Assembly (NCBI GenBank): GCA_020632995.1
Contig: JACKEN010000008.1
Location: 114,064-178,063 of the forward strand
Direction of reading: 5' to 3'
Source: Deltaproteobacteria bacterium
Lineage (GTDB): Bacteria; Myxococcota; Kuafuiibacteriia; Kuafuiibacteriales; Kuafuiibacteriaceae
Length of the DNA: 64,000 nt
In this document: positions 12,446-21,620 of the stretch, in pieces
Layout of the letters: each line of letters opens with the position of its first letter
Numbering within the stretch: position 1 is the stretch's first letter
Notes under the pieces: generated by a model
Database searches by the model: none
What the model was told of the DNA's origin: nothing
The model's input: only the letters and a program-made list of their open reading frames with translations
Made by a program: the position numbers and the translations under genes

Positions 12446-13363
12446 GTGAGCAACCGCGTCCTGGGCCTTGGCGCCGTCCTCCTCCTCGCTGCCTCGTGCC
12501 GGACCGCGCCCAGCGGTGCGCCTGACGCGGGAGCGCCCCGCCGGATCCCGATCGTGGTGTGGGACGAGGGCTACGTGCCGGCCGAGGTGGGTGCGCAGCC
12601 GGGCGAGCGGGTGCAGCTGGCGGTGACGCGGGAGACCGAGGTGGCCTGCGCGGAGCGGATCCAGGTGGCGGGTCAGGACGTGGCGCTGCCCCTGTACGGC
12701 CTGGCGCTGGTGGACGTCGAGGTCCCGAAGGAAGGTCGGCTTGCATTCCAGTGCCCGACCGGCGCGCTGAAGGGGGCCGTCGTCGTCGCGGATCACGCGC
12801 CCGACCCCGGCCTCGAGCACCCGCTCCTGAGCCGGCCCCCCGCCCTCGACTACGCGGCGTCCCTCGTCGGCACCGAGGCCTCCGAGTGGTCGGTGACGCG
12901 CTGGGACGGGACCGAGCCGCTCACCCTCACCGCGCTGCGGGGCCGGGTGGTGGTGGTGCGCATGTTCATGGACGAGTGCCCCTTCTGCCGCGCAACCCTG
13001 CCTGCGTTGGCGAAGATGCGGGCGGAGCTGGGCGATGTGCCGGTGACCTTCGTGGGGCTCTTCCATTCGAAGCCGCGGGGCACCGAGAGCGACTGGGGCA
13101 CCGCGGTCACCACCGCCCGAAGGTGGGGCGCGGACTTCGCGCTCGGCTACGACACCAACTGGAACACCCTGGCGGGGTGGTACGGGTCGCTCCTCGAGCG
13201 CGCCCCGACGTCCGTGACCTTCGTCATCGATCGGAACGGCAAGTTCGCTTTCGTTCATCCCGGGCCGGTCTTCCACCCCGCCACGCATCCGGATCATGCC
13301 CGCTGCGACGCGGACTACCGGGCGGTGAAGGCCGCGATCGAGCAGGCGCTCGCGGCGCCGTAG
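12446..13363 (+). CDS. Lipoprotein with a cupredoxin-like domain fused to a TlpA/redoxin domain
   Basis: GTG start, lipobox LAASC; GYVPAEV..PGERVQL...CAERI...FQCPTG; then LRGRVVVVRMFMDECPFC (CxxC). Confidence 0.72.
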   Translation: MSNRVLGLGAVLLLAASCRTAPSGAPDAGAPRRIPIVVWDEGYVPAEVGAQPGERVQLAVTRETEVACAERIQVAGQDVALPLYGLALVDVEVPKEGRLAFQCPTGALKGAVVVADHAPDPGLEHPLLSRPPALDYAASLVGTEASEWSVTRWDGTEPLTLTALRGRVVVVRMFMDECPFCRATLPALAKMRAELGDVPVTFVGLFHSKPRGTESDWGTAVTTARRWGADFALGYDTNWNTLAGWYGSLLERAPTSVTFVIDRNGKFAFVHPGPVFHPATHPDHARCDADYRAVKAAIEQALAAP

Positions 13364-13453
13364 GTCCGGGCGCGTCACCCATTTGGGGGTCGGTGATCGA
13401 TCGCCGACAACGCCGTTTCCCGATCGTGCGGGACGTGGCAGCGTCGGGCCCGC

Positions 13454-16400
13454 ATGGCTCGACGGGAACACGGAAGACTCGGCCTGATCCTCGGGATCCT
13501 GGCCACCACCGGGTGCATCCGCTCGGCGCCCGAGCTCCCGAGCCGCCCCGAGGGCGCGGTGATCTCCGGCCAGGTCGTGCAGCGCGGCGGCCCCTCCGGC
13601 GACTGGGTCCCGGCCACCGGGGTCTCGGTCACGGTGGCGGGCCTGGGCGTCACCGCGAGCACCAACGCCGACGGCGCGTTCCGCCTCGAGCGCCTGCCGG
13701 TGAACCACATCATGACGGTGCGCCTCACCGCGGTGCGGACCTCCACCGACGCGCCGATCCAGCGTCGGGTGCTGGATCCCGTGCGCCCGATCCTCGATCG
13801 CGCGGCGCTCGACCTCGGCACCCTCCGGCTCGGGCCCGGCGGTGACCTCACCGGCCGCGCCCTCGTCCGCGAGACGCGCGAGGGGGCGGCGGTGGGCGTC
13901 GGGGGCACGCTGGCGGTCCTCACCCAGACCGCGTTCAAGGCGGTCACCGACGAGGCCGGGCACTTCCAGCTCCCCGACCTCCCCGAGGGCAACTTCGATC
14001 TCGTCGCGTTCCGCCCCGGCTATCTGCCCGCCCGTCAGGGCGGCGTGGCGGTGCTGCCGGGCGGCACCGTCACCGCGAAGGACCTGATCCTCCAGCGGGG
14101 TGACGCCCCCGACGTCGTTGTCTCGGGCTCCGCCCGCATCCTCGGCGACGACTCAGACACCGGGCATTCCGGGATCACCGTCCGCTTCGCGGTGGACGGC
14201 GCCGAGACGCCCAGCGCCGAGGTCACCACCGGCCCCGATGGCCGGTATGCAGTCTCACTTGCGCCGGGCGTGTACTACGTCACCGCTACCCGGGATGGCT
14301 TCGGCAAGGTCCTCCTCGAGGGCGTGGCGGTGCTCCCCGAGGGCGTGCTCGGCCTCGTCGACATCTACCTGTCCGCGCCCACCGACGGGGACTTCGACGG
14401 TGATGGGGTGCCCGACGGCGTCGACGAGGACGATGACAACGACGGTTGCATCGACGCCTTCGACGCCTTCGACCTGGACCCCGCCTTCTGCCTGGACACC
14501 GACGAGGACGGCATTGCCAACGAGATCGACGACGACGACGACGGCGACGGGCTCCTCGACTCGGAGGAGGTGTCCGAGGGCGCGGACGGCTGGGTCACCA
14601 GCCCCCTCGTCGCGGACACCGACGACGATGGCTACAGAGACGCGGTGGACGTCTGCCCAACCGTGCCCGACGACCAGACCGACAGCGACGGCGACGGGAT
14701 CGGCGACGCCTGTGATGACGACGAGCTCCCCCCCACCGGCTACCCCGACCCGGTGATCGACCGCTTCAGCCCGACCGAGGCGGGGGTGGGGACGGTGCTG
14801 ACCATCCACGGGAGCTTCCTCGACGATCCCGTCAACGTACCCCCGCTGATCCAGCTGCGGTTCCTCGGCCAGACGGGCGGCAGCGGGGTGCTCAGCGGGC
14901 CGCCCCTCGCGGTGAGCCCGGGTCAGCTCCAGTTCGAGGTGCCGCCGGGCGCCACCACCGGCCTCCTGCAGCTGTTTACCCACGGGAGGAGCACCACGAG
15001 CACGTCCGCGCTCATCATCCTGCCCAGCCCCGACGTGGTGACGATGTCCCCCGCGAGCGGGCGGCGGGGGTCGCGGGTGGTGGTGCTCGGGCACTCGTTC
15101 CTCGAGGAGGGGCTCGCCGCCTACGTGAACGGCGTGCAGGCCACCTTGCTCCCCTTCGCCAGCGGCGCGCTGGTGGAGACGCGGGTCCAGGCGGGGCAGC
15201 TCTACGACGCGCTCCAGCTCGAGGTGCCCGACACCGTCACCGGGCCGCTCGAGATCCGGAACCGCTTCGGCTTCGACCAGGCCCCTGCGCCGTTCGAGAT
15301 CACCGACGCGGGCATCGTCATCGACCTCGTCAACCCCAACCCGGCGGCGGCGGGCGGGCAGATCAGCCTCCTCGGCCACGGCTTCTCCACCCGGGATCTG
15401 GTGGCCCCGCCGGTGCCCGAGGTGATCTTCAACTACGGCGGCGCGGAGCTCCGCCAGCCGCTCAACCCGGATTGGAGCGACACCCAGGCGACGGTGATGG
15501 TGCCGTCTGGGGTGACGACCGGCCCGATCGCGCTGGCCCACCCCGGCGCGGCCAGCCCGGTGGTGTACCGCGACACGCTGCAGGTGGTGCCTGACCTGCC
15601 GTACGTCATCGACGCGGATCCGCTGCTGGTGTCGCCGGGTGACAGCCTGACATTGATCGGCGGCAACCTGGCTGGCGTTACAACTGTTACCTTGGGCGGT
15701 GGGGTGACGGTGGGCGGGGCTGGGCTCATCACGAGCGCGGGTTCGGTTCAGCTCACGGTGCCGGCGGGGGTGCAGCCGGGGCCGGTGACGGTGCAGGGGC
15801 CGAGCGGGGCGGGTACTTCGCCGTTCAGGTTGGGGGTGGTGGTGGTGTCCGCGACGGTGCCGTTGAGCGGACTGGGAACGGTCAAGGCGGGCGGAGGCTT
15901 CGGGCCCGGGGCATCGGAGTTCTATTTGGTCATCCGACCGCTGACCGGCTCGGACTTCATCCAGGTGGTCACCGCGACCTCCGCGACGCCGGGGCTGGCC
16001 AGGCAACTTCCTCCTCCGGCCGGAGCGGAGGGTGAGCGCTTCCTCTCTCTCTCGATCGCGCCTTCGGGTACGGTAGGGATCCTGCAGACCCTGCAAGACC
16101 GTACCTTTGTCGTGACCATCCCCGGTTTCCAGACCATCGGTGTGTGCCCGTACGGCCGTTCCGCCAACCTTCTGGAGCCCAAGTTCGGGTACGATCCAAC
16201 CAACACCGTCGCGTTCGGGTTGTTGCCCTATCAGGGCTCCGAGGGCGTGCTCCGGATAGACCTTGGCACAGGAGGGTGCGAGAGGCTCGTCACCCTGCCC
16301 CAGGCGGCGCCCACCACCAACAGCCTCTACGGAGTGCTGCCGCTCTCCGCGGGGTCGCTGCTCGTGACCCACTCGATCCTCGGCGCCGCCATCCTCGATG

Positions 16401-16810
16401 TCGACCTGCAGAGCCCCCTATATGGCACACTCACCACGCCGTGGACCGCACCGGCCATCCCTCCTTCCCGGCTGCTTCGTGGGCCGGGTACGGCGGTGTT
16501 CCTCGAGGGCGCGCAGGCGGGCCTCGGCTACTTCGAGCCTCTTGCGGGAACGCCGCCGCAGTTCTTCACCGGGCTTGGATCGAACGCTCGAGGCCTCGCA
16601 GATGGGGCGCAGCGCTACTTGCTGACCTCGACGGGTCATGTCATCGACATGACCTCCCCTCCGCGGCTTCTACGCGGCGGGCTGGACGTGGGTTTGGACC
16701 TACCTGGGTCAGGTAACGCTGTGGTTGGCGCGTCCATCCCTGGAACCCACACGTTCTTCACCCTGAACACCGCAGGCGACGGCCTCGTCCGCGTGGACAT
16801 CTACCCCTGA
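13454..16810 (+). CDS. Large surface lipoprotein: carboxypeptidase-regulatory-like Ig domains, thrombospondin type-3 Ca-binding repeats, IPT/TIG domains, probable C-terminal propeller
   Basis: Lipobox ATTGC; TDEAGHFQL; DFDGDGVPD, DTDEDGIAN, DSDGDGIGDACD; PVIDRFSPTEAGVGTVLTIHG. Confidence 0.8.
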   Translation: MARREHGRLGLILGILATTGCIRSAPELPSRPEGAVISGQVVQRGGPSGDWVPATGVSVTVAGLGVTASTNADGAFRLERLPVNHIMTVRLTAVRTSTDAPIQRRVLDPVRPILDRAALDLGTLRLGPGGDLTGRALVRETREGAAVGVGGTLAVLTQTAFKAVTDEAGHFQLPDLPEGNFDLVAFRPGYLPARQGGVAVLPGGTVTAKDLILQRGDAPDVVVSGSARILGDDSDTGHSGITVRFAVDGAETPSAEVTTGPDGRYAVSLAPGVYYVTATRDGFGKVLLEGVAVLPEGVLGLVDIYLSAPTDGDFDGDGVPDGVDEDDDNDGCIDAFDAFDLDPAFCLDTDEDGIANEIDDDDDGDGLLDSEEVSEGADGWVTSPLVADTDDDGYRDAVDVCPTVPDDQTDSDGDGIGDACDDDELPPTGYPDPVIDRFSPTEAGVGTVLTIHGSFLDDPVNVPPLIQLRFLGQTGGSGVLSGPPLAVSPGQLQFEVPPGATTGLLQLFTHGRSTTSTSALIILPSPDVVTMSPASGRRGSRVVVLGHSFLEEGLAAYVNGVQATLLPFASGALVETRVQAGQLYDALQLEVPDTVTGPLEIRNRFGFDQAPAPFEITDAGIVIDLVNPNPAAAGGQISLLGHGFSTRDLVAPPVPEVIFNYGGAELRQPLNPDWSDTQATVMVPSGVTTGPIALAHPGAASPVVYRDTLQVVPDLPYVIDADPLLVSPGDSLTLIGGNLAGVTTVTLGGGVTVGGAGLITSAGSVQLTVPAGVQPGPVTVQGPSGAGTSPFRLGVVVVSATVPLSGLGTVKAGGGFGPGASEFYLVIRPLTGSDFIQVVTATSATPGLARQLPPPAGAEGERFLSLSIAPSGTVGILQTLQDRTFVVTIPGFQTIGVCPYGRSANLLEPKFGYDPTNTVAFGLLPYQGSEGVLRIDLGTGGCERLVTLPQAAPTTNSLYGVLPLSAGSLLVTHSILGAAILDVDLQSPLYGTLTTPWTAPAIPPSRLLRGPGTAVFLEGAQAGLGYFEPLAGTPPQFFTGLGSNARGLADGAQRYLLTSTGHVIDMTSPPRLLRGGLDVGLDLPGSGNAVVGASIPGTHTFFTLNTAGDGLVRVDIYP

Positions 16811-16814
16811 GGCC

Positions 16815-19601
16815 TCACCACCCGCACTCCACGCCCACGTTCGGCGTCTGGTAGTGCATGTAGCTGCCCTCGTCGCACGTCGGGTCGGCGTTGGTGTGGT
16901 GGTACTTCACGCCGTACCAGTCCCCCACCGACGGCGAGGTGTCGTTTCCGTCGCCGTTGGTGTCGCCGCCGTGGTCGTCCCGGATCGTGGTGAGCCACGC
17001 GCCCGCGCCCACCGTGAAGGCTGCGTTGACGTAGACGTTGATGTTGCCCTCGGCGAAGAACTTCAGGGTGAGGTCCGGGCCCAGGGTCAAGTGACCGCCG
17101 CCGTCCACCGCGAGGTAGTTGCACGCGGTGACGGGATCGCCCACCACCATCGGGACCTGCGTCACCGCCCACTGGGTGCTGGCGTTGATGTGACCGCAGC
17201 CCTCTACGAAGACCGCGTCGTAGCGGCTCGGGAGGGGCGCGGCGGCCACCCCTGAGTCGAACAGGTTGCTGTCGTCGAGGGACTGGTGGGCGTTGATGAG
17301 GAGCGGCCGGTTGGCGTCGAAGATCCGGTTCTCGGTGAACACCAGCCCCGCGGTGCCGCCCTCGGAGATGTCGACCGCGGCCGGGCCCTGGATCGACGCG
17401 TCCACCCCTTGGATGTGGGCGAAGGTGCAGCGGGTGATCGACGCGGTGGCGCCGTCGAAGAGGCGCAGCGCGGAGGCATCGTCACCGCTCTGGGCGCCGC
17501 CCGCGTAGGTGATCAGCGCGCGGTCGAGGTTCGAGCCGCTCCGGTGGAGCCGGATGCCGGACCAGTCCCCGGCCGCGGGGGCGCTGCTCGCCCCGTCGGC
17601 GTTGGAGTCACCGCCCAGGCTGTCGTCGGCGAACGCGGTGAACGCGATCTGCTGGCTGGCTTGCGCGGTGAGGATGCCGTAGACGTCGAGGGTACCGGAG
17701 TTGAAGAACTTCACGATCACGCCGTTGGCCAGGGTCAGGTGGCCGGCCGCCTCCACCGTCACGTAGTTGCAGGCGGAGTTCGGGTCGCCGATGACGATGG
17801 GGACCCTGGTCAGCGCCCACTGTATGTCGGTGGTGACCCGGCCGCAGCCGCCCATCACCACCGCCTGGAAGTGGTTGGCCACGGTGCCCGCCTCGTCCGT
17901 GAACGTGTTCGAGTCGTCCAGCGTGAACTTGGCGCTCACCGAGAGCGGCACCACGTTCCCGTAGAAGCGGTTGCCCTGGATGATGGTGGCCGCGGCGGCC
18001 TCCGACGCCTCCAGCGCGGGCGGTGTGGTGATGGTCTGGGTGCTCGGGACACCGTACGCGAACACGCTGTCCACCACCCGGGCCGACCGGTCGCCGAAGA
18101 TCTCGAGCATGGGGCTGTCGTTGCCGCCGCCGTAGAGGAGCCGGGCGCCTTCGAGCACGGAGCCGTTGGTGTGCAGGCGGATACCGGACCAGTCGCCGCC
18201 CGCAGGTACGCTCGAGGTACCATCACCGTTGGTGTCGCCCAGCTCGTCGTCTCGGATCGAGGTGAAGGTGGCGTGGGCGAGGAGCACCCCGAAGATGTCG
18301 AGGTTGCCCTCCGAGAAGAGCTTCACCACCGCCGGGGCCGTCGCACTCCCAACCTCGAGCTGACCTGTGGCGTCCACCGTCACGTAGTTGCACGCGCTGT
18401 TGGAGTCGCCGATGACGTAGGGCACCGCCTGGGCCGGCCAGAGGATGTTGCCGGTGAGGTGCTTGCAGCCGGCCACGAACACGCCGTTGTACTTGTTGAG
18501 GCGCGGGTTGGCGGCCGGACCGCTGAACGTGTTGGCCAGGATCGAGAACGTGGTGTTCACCCGCAGCGGGACCCGGTTGCCATAGAAGGTGTTGTCCTCG
18601 ATGACCGTGCCCGCGGTGGCGTCTGCCGCCTCGAGCGCGGCCGGCCCGTCGATGGAGTCCGTCGGCGTCAGATGGTCAGTGAACAGACAGTTCGTCACCG
18701 AAGCGGAGACTTCATCGAGCCAGAGCGCGGGCCGATCGTCGGCGCCCGCATACTGGATTGCGCAGTACTTGAAGGTCGAGCCCGCGCCCGTCAGCCAGAT
18801 CCCACCCCAGTCGCCGCCCGCGGGCGAGGGCTCGGACGACGTGAAGACCACCGGCGTGTCGGCCGTGCCGCCGTCCACGTCGAGGCTGCCGGTGACGCGC
18901 AGTGAGACCCCCGGATCCAGCTTCACCACCACGCCCGCCTCGATGGTGAGGGGCGCGCTGATGTTGATGGAGTTGGTCACCTGGTAGACGCCGCCCGCCG
19001 GCCAGGTGGTGGCCACCGTGATGTCCTCGGAGATGATGATGGCGCTGACCGCCTCGAAGGTGGCGGTCACCGTCCGGTTCGCGGTCACCGTTACGGTGCA
19101 GGATCGCGCCGCGGTGGTGTCGCAACCGGTCCAGGCGCCGAAGCTCGAACCCGCCGCCGGGGTTGCCTCTAGCGTGAGCGTCGTCCCGATCGCGACGGCC
19201 TCCTGGCAGTCGGTTCCGCAGTCGATTCCGGTGCCCGCAATCGAGCCTGCGCCGGAGCCGTCCTTCGCCACCGTCAGGGTGGCCTCACCGCCCACCAGGA
19301 AGGTCACCGACACCGTCCGGTCCTCGGTCATGGTGACCGTGCAGGTGGTCCCGGAGGTGCTGTCGCAGCCGGTCCAGGCGCCGAAAGCCGAGCCCGTACC
19401 TGGCTCTGCAACCAGGCTTACCACCGCGCCGTCGGCGTAGCTCTCCTCGCAGTCCGTCCCGCAGCTGATGCCGGTGGCGGTGACGGTGCCCTCCCCGGCG
19501 CCACCCCGCGCCACGGTCAGGCTCCACTTGGACTCACCGCATCCGCCCACGGCGGCGGTGACGACGACCAAAATCGGCAGTAGGTTTCGAGCTCTCTTCA
19601 T
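16815..19601 (-). CDS. Surface lipoprotein: two InlB-B-like repeats plus right-handed beta-helix repeats
   Basis: ATG at 19601, lipobox AVGGC; duplicated GISCGTDC...FGAWTGCD units; repeated GDTNGDG...P..GDW.GI units. Confidence 0.78.
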   Translation of the reverse strand: MKRARNLLPILVVVTAAVGGCGESKWSLTVARGGAGEGTVTATGISCGTDCEESYADGAVVSLVAEPGTGSAFGAWTGCDSTSGTTCTVTMTEDRTVSVTFLVGGEATLTVAKDGSGAGSIAGTGIDCGTDCQEAVAIGTTLTLEATPAAGSSFGAWTGCDTTAARSCTVTVTANRTVTATFEAVSAIIISEDITVATTWPAGGVYQVTNSINISAPLTIEAGVVVKLDPGVSLRVTGSLDVDGGTADTPVVFTSSEPSPAGGDWGGIWLTGAGSTFKYCAIQYAGADDRPALWLDEVSASVTNCLFTDHLTPTDSIDGPAALEAADATAGTVIEDNTFYGNRVPLRVNTTFSILANTFSGPAANPRLNKYNGVFVAGCKHLTGNILWPAQAVPYVIGDSNSACNYVTVDATGQLEVGSATAPAVVKLFSEGNLDIFGVLLAHATFTSIRDDELGDTNGDGTSSVPAGGDWSGIRLHTNGSVLEGARLLYGGGNDSPMLEIFGDRSARVVDSVFAYGVPSTQTITTPPALEASEAAAATIIQGNRFYGNVVPLSVSAKFTLDDSNTFTDEAGTVANHFQAVVMGGCGRVTTDIQWALTRVPIVIGDPNSACNYVTVEAAGHLTLANGVIVKFFNSGTLDVYGILTAQASQQIAFTAFADDSLGGDSNADGASSAPAAGDWSGIRLHRSGSNLDRALITYAGGAQSGDDASALRLFDGATASITRCTFAHIQGVDASIQGPAAVDISEGGTAGLVFTENRIFDANRPLLINAHQSLDDSNLFDSGVAAAPLPSRYDAVFVEGCGHINASTQWAVTQVPMVVGDPVTACNYLAVDGGGHLTLGPDLTLKFFAEGNINVYVNAAFTVGAGAWLTTIRDDHGGDTNGDGNDTSPSVGDWYGVKYHHTNADPTCDEGSYMHYQTPNVGVECGW

Positions 19602-19752
19602 ATGTGACCTCCCTGGCCGCCCCAGCGCCCATGCATCCCGCGCACCGAGGGGCACGGGCCGAGGATTTCGCAAGGTGGCCGTCTTCGGCGTGACGCAGGC
19701 TGGGCTGCACACGGGGGTAGACGCGCGGCGCGGCGCGTGATGCCATCCCTTC

Positions 19753-20439
19753 GTGAGCGATGGATCAGACCACGGCCGCAAGGCCTTCGCCGAGGCCATC
19801 TACGCCCACCAGGCTCGGGGCGATCACTACCTGTATGGGAACCAGTGGGGCGACCCCAACCACGGCACCCTGCGCTACCTCTTCGAGCGCTACGTGCGCC
19901 GTCGCAAGGTGCCCGGGAACCTCCGGCAGGTGGTGCGGCGCTACATCCAGCCGTACGTGCGGCCGGGGATGACGGTGCTCGAGATCGGCGCGGGGGGCGG
20001 GCGGTGGACGCAATTCCTCTTGCCGGCGGCGCGCATCATCATCGTCGAGACCACCCCGGAGTTCTTCCCGTACCTCGAGGCGCGCTTCGGGCCGCGCTTC
20101 GAGTTCTACCAGAGCAGCGGGGCGGAGCTCACCGGCGTGGGCACCGGCCAGGTGGACTACGCGTTCAGCTTCGGGACCTTCGTCCACACCCCGCCCGAGG
20201 TCCTCGACGGCTACCTCGCGCACCTCCTGCGGGTGCTGCGGCCGGGCGGGCTGGCGGTGATCCAGTACGCCGACAAGAACAAGCGCGCGGCGCGCCTCCC
20301 CGGGCCGAAGGACAGCGGCTTCGCGGATCTGAACCCCCAGCGCTTCGAGGCCATGGCCACCGCGCGGGGCTTCTGGCTCCGCACCCACGACACCCGGATC
20401 CTGAACCACAGCAACGTGGCGGTGTTGGTGCGACCCTGA
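19753..20439 (+). CDS. Class I SAM-dependent methyltransferase
   Basis: VLEIGAGGGRWT motif I; VDYAFSFGTFVH; RVLRPGG. Confidence 0.85.
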   Translation: MSDGSDHGRKAFAEAIYAHQARGDHYLYGNQWGDPNHGTLRYLFERYVRRRKVPGNLRQVVRRYIQPYVRPGMTVLEIGAGGGRWTQFLLPAARIIIVETTPEFFPYLEARFGPRFEFYQSSGAELTGVGTGQVDYAFSFGTFVHTPPEVLDGYLAHLLRVLRPGGLAVIQYADKNKRAARLPGPKDSGFADLNPQRFEAMATARGFWLRTHDTRILNHSNVAVLVRP

Positions 20440-20476
20440 CCTCATCTTCTGCCTCGGACCGCCGACCCGGGAGAGG

Positions 20477-21499
20477 GTGAAGCGGGTCTTGATCGCGGAC
20501 GGCTCGGTGGCCTTCCGCAAGCTCCTGGCCGACCACCTGCACGGGCGGCCAGATGTCGAGCTGGCCGGGCGGGCCTCTACCGGTCGCCTGGCGCTCGCCC
20601 AGCTCCGCTTCAAGCGCCCCGAGATCCTCATGCTCGCGCTCGACCTCGCCGAGCTCGACCTGAAGGAGGTCGGCGCCGCCCTCGCCGAGGGGGGCACGCC
20701 GGTGAAGGTGGTCGCGGTGGCGGCGCAGGATGGCCTGACGCCGGCCCAGTCCGCCGCGGCCCGCAGCCTCGGCGCGGCGGAGGTGCTGGCCCGCCCCAAG
20801 ACCGCGCCGGAGGAGGCTCGCTTCCTCGAGCGCTTGGACCGCATCCTCGGCACCGTCGCTGGGCCCACCCGGGCGCCCGGCCCGGCGAGCACGCCCGCCG
20901 GCGCTCGGCCCGCACCCGGGCCGGTCTCGGTGGTGGCGATCGGGCTGTCCACCGGCGGGCCCCACGCCCTGATGGCGCTGATCCCGAAGCTCCCCAAGGA
21001 CCTTGGCGTGCCGGTGCTCATCGTCCAGCACATGCCGAGCGGCTTCACCACCAACCTCGCGGCCTCCCTCGACCGGGCGAGCGCCCTGCAGGTCACGGAG
21101 GCCAAGGACGGCGACCCGCTGGAGGGGAACCGGGTCTACCTCGCCCCCGGCGGGCTCCAGATGAAGGTGGTGCGCGCGGGTGGCGCGGTGCGCGTCGCGT
21201 TGGTGGACGACCCGCCCGAGAACCACTGCCGGCCGGCCGCCGACTACATGTTCCGCTCGGTGGCCGACGTCTACGGCCAGCGCGGCCTGGGGGTCATCAT
21301 GACCGGCATGGGCGAGGACGGGGCCAAGGGCCTCGGCGCGATGCACCGCTCGGGCGCGTGGGTCCTCGGCCAGGATCAGGCCAGCTGCACGGTCTACGGC
21401 ATGCCGATGCGGGCGGCCGAGGCGGGGGTGGTGGACCAGGTGGTGAGCCTGAACGACATGGCCGAGCAGATCGTGCGCCGGGTGCGCCGCAGGGCGTGA
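20477..21499 (+). CDS. cheB: CheB protein-glutamate methylesterase with a degenerate receiver domain
   Basis: IGLSTGGP (Ser), IVQHMP (His), GMGEDG (Asp), VYGMP. Confidence 0.88.
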   Translation: MKRVLIADGSVAFRKLLADHLHGRPDVELAGRASTGRLALAQLRFKRPEILMLALDLAELDLKEVGAALAEGGTPVKVVAVAAQDGLTPAQSAAARSLGAAEVLARPKTAPEEARFLERLDRILGTVAGPTRAPGPASTPAGARPAPGPVSVVAIGLSTGGPHALMALIPKLPKDLGVPVLIVQHMPSGFTTNLAASLDRASALQVTEAKDGDPLEGNRVYLAPGGLQMKVVRAGGAVRVALVDDPPENHCRPAADYMFRSVADVYGQRGLGVIMTGMGEDGAKGLGAMHRSGAWVLGQDQASCTVYGMPMRAAEAGVVDQVVSLNDMAEQIVRRVRRRA

Positions 21500-21544
21500 C
21501 TGTCCCACACGGTACATAAGTGAAAGCCTGATAACCGGCCCGAA

Positions 21545-21620
21545 TTCGCAAGCGGAGCGCGCAGCCGGGCGAAGCCCGGCGGAGAGGGGTGGGACGGCTC
21601 CGCCGGCCCGGGACCACATG
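21545..21620. repeat. Dispersed repeat, copy 1 (copy 2 at 47413-47482)
   Basis: Shares TTCGCAAGCGGAGCGCG (17/17) and GGGGTGGGACGGCTCCGCCGGCCCG (25/25) with copy 2. Confidence 0.85.

Noticed and set aside
14390-14730. Asp-rich low-complexity repeats
   Set aside because: Explained by thrombospondin type-3 Ca-binding repeats.
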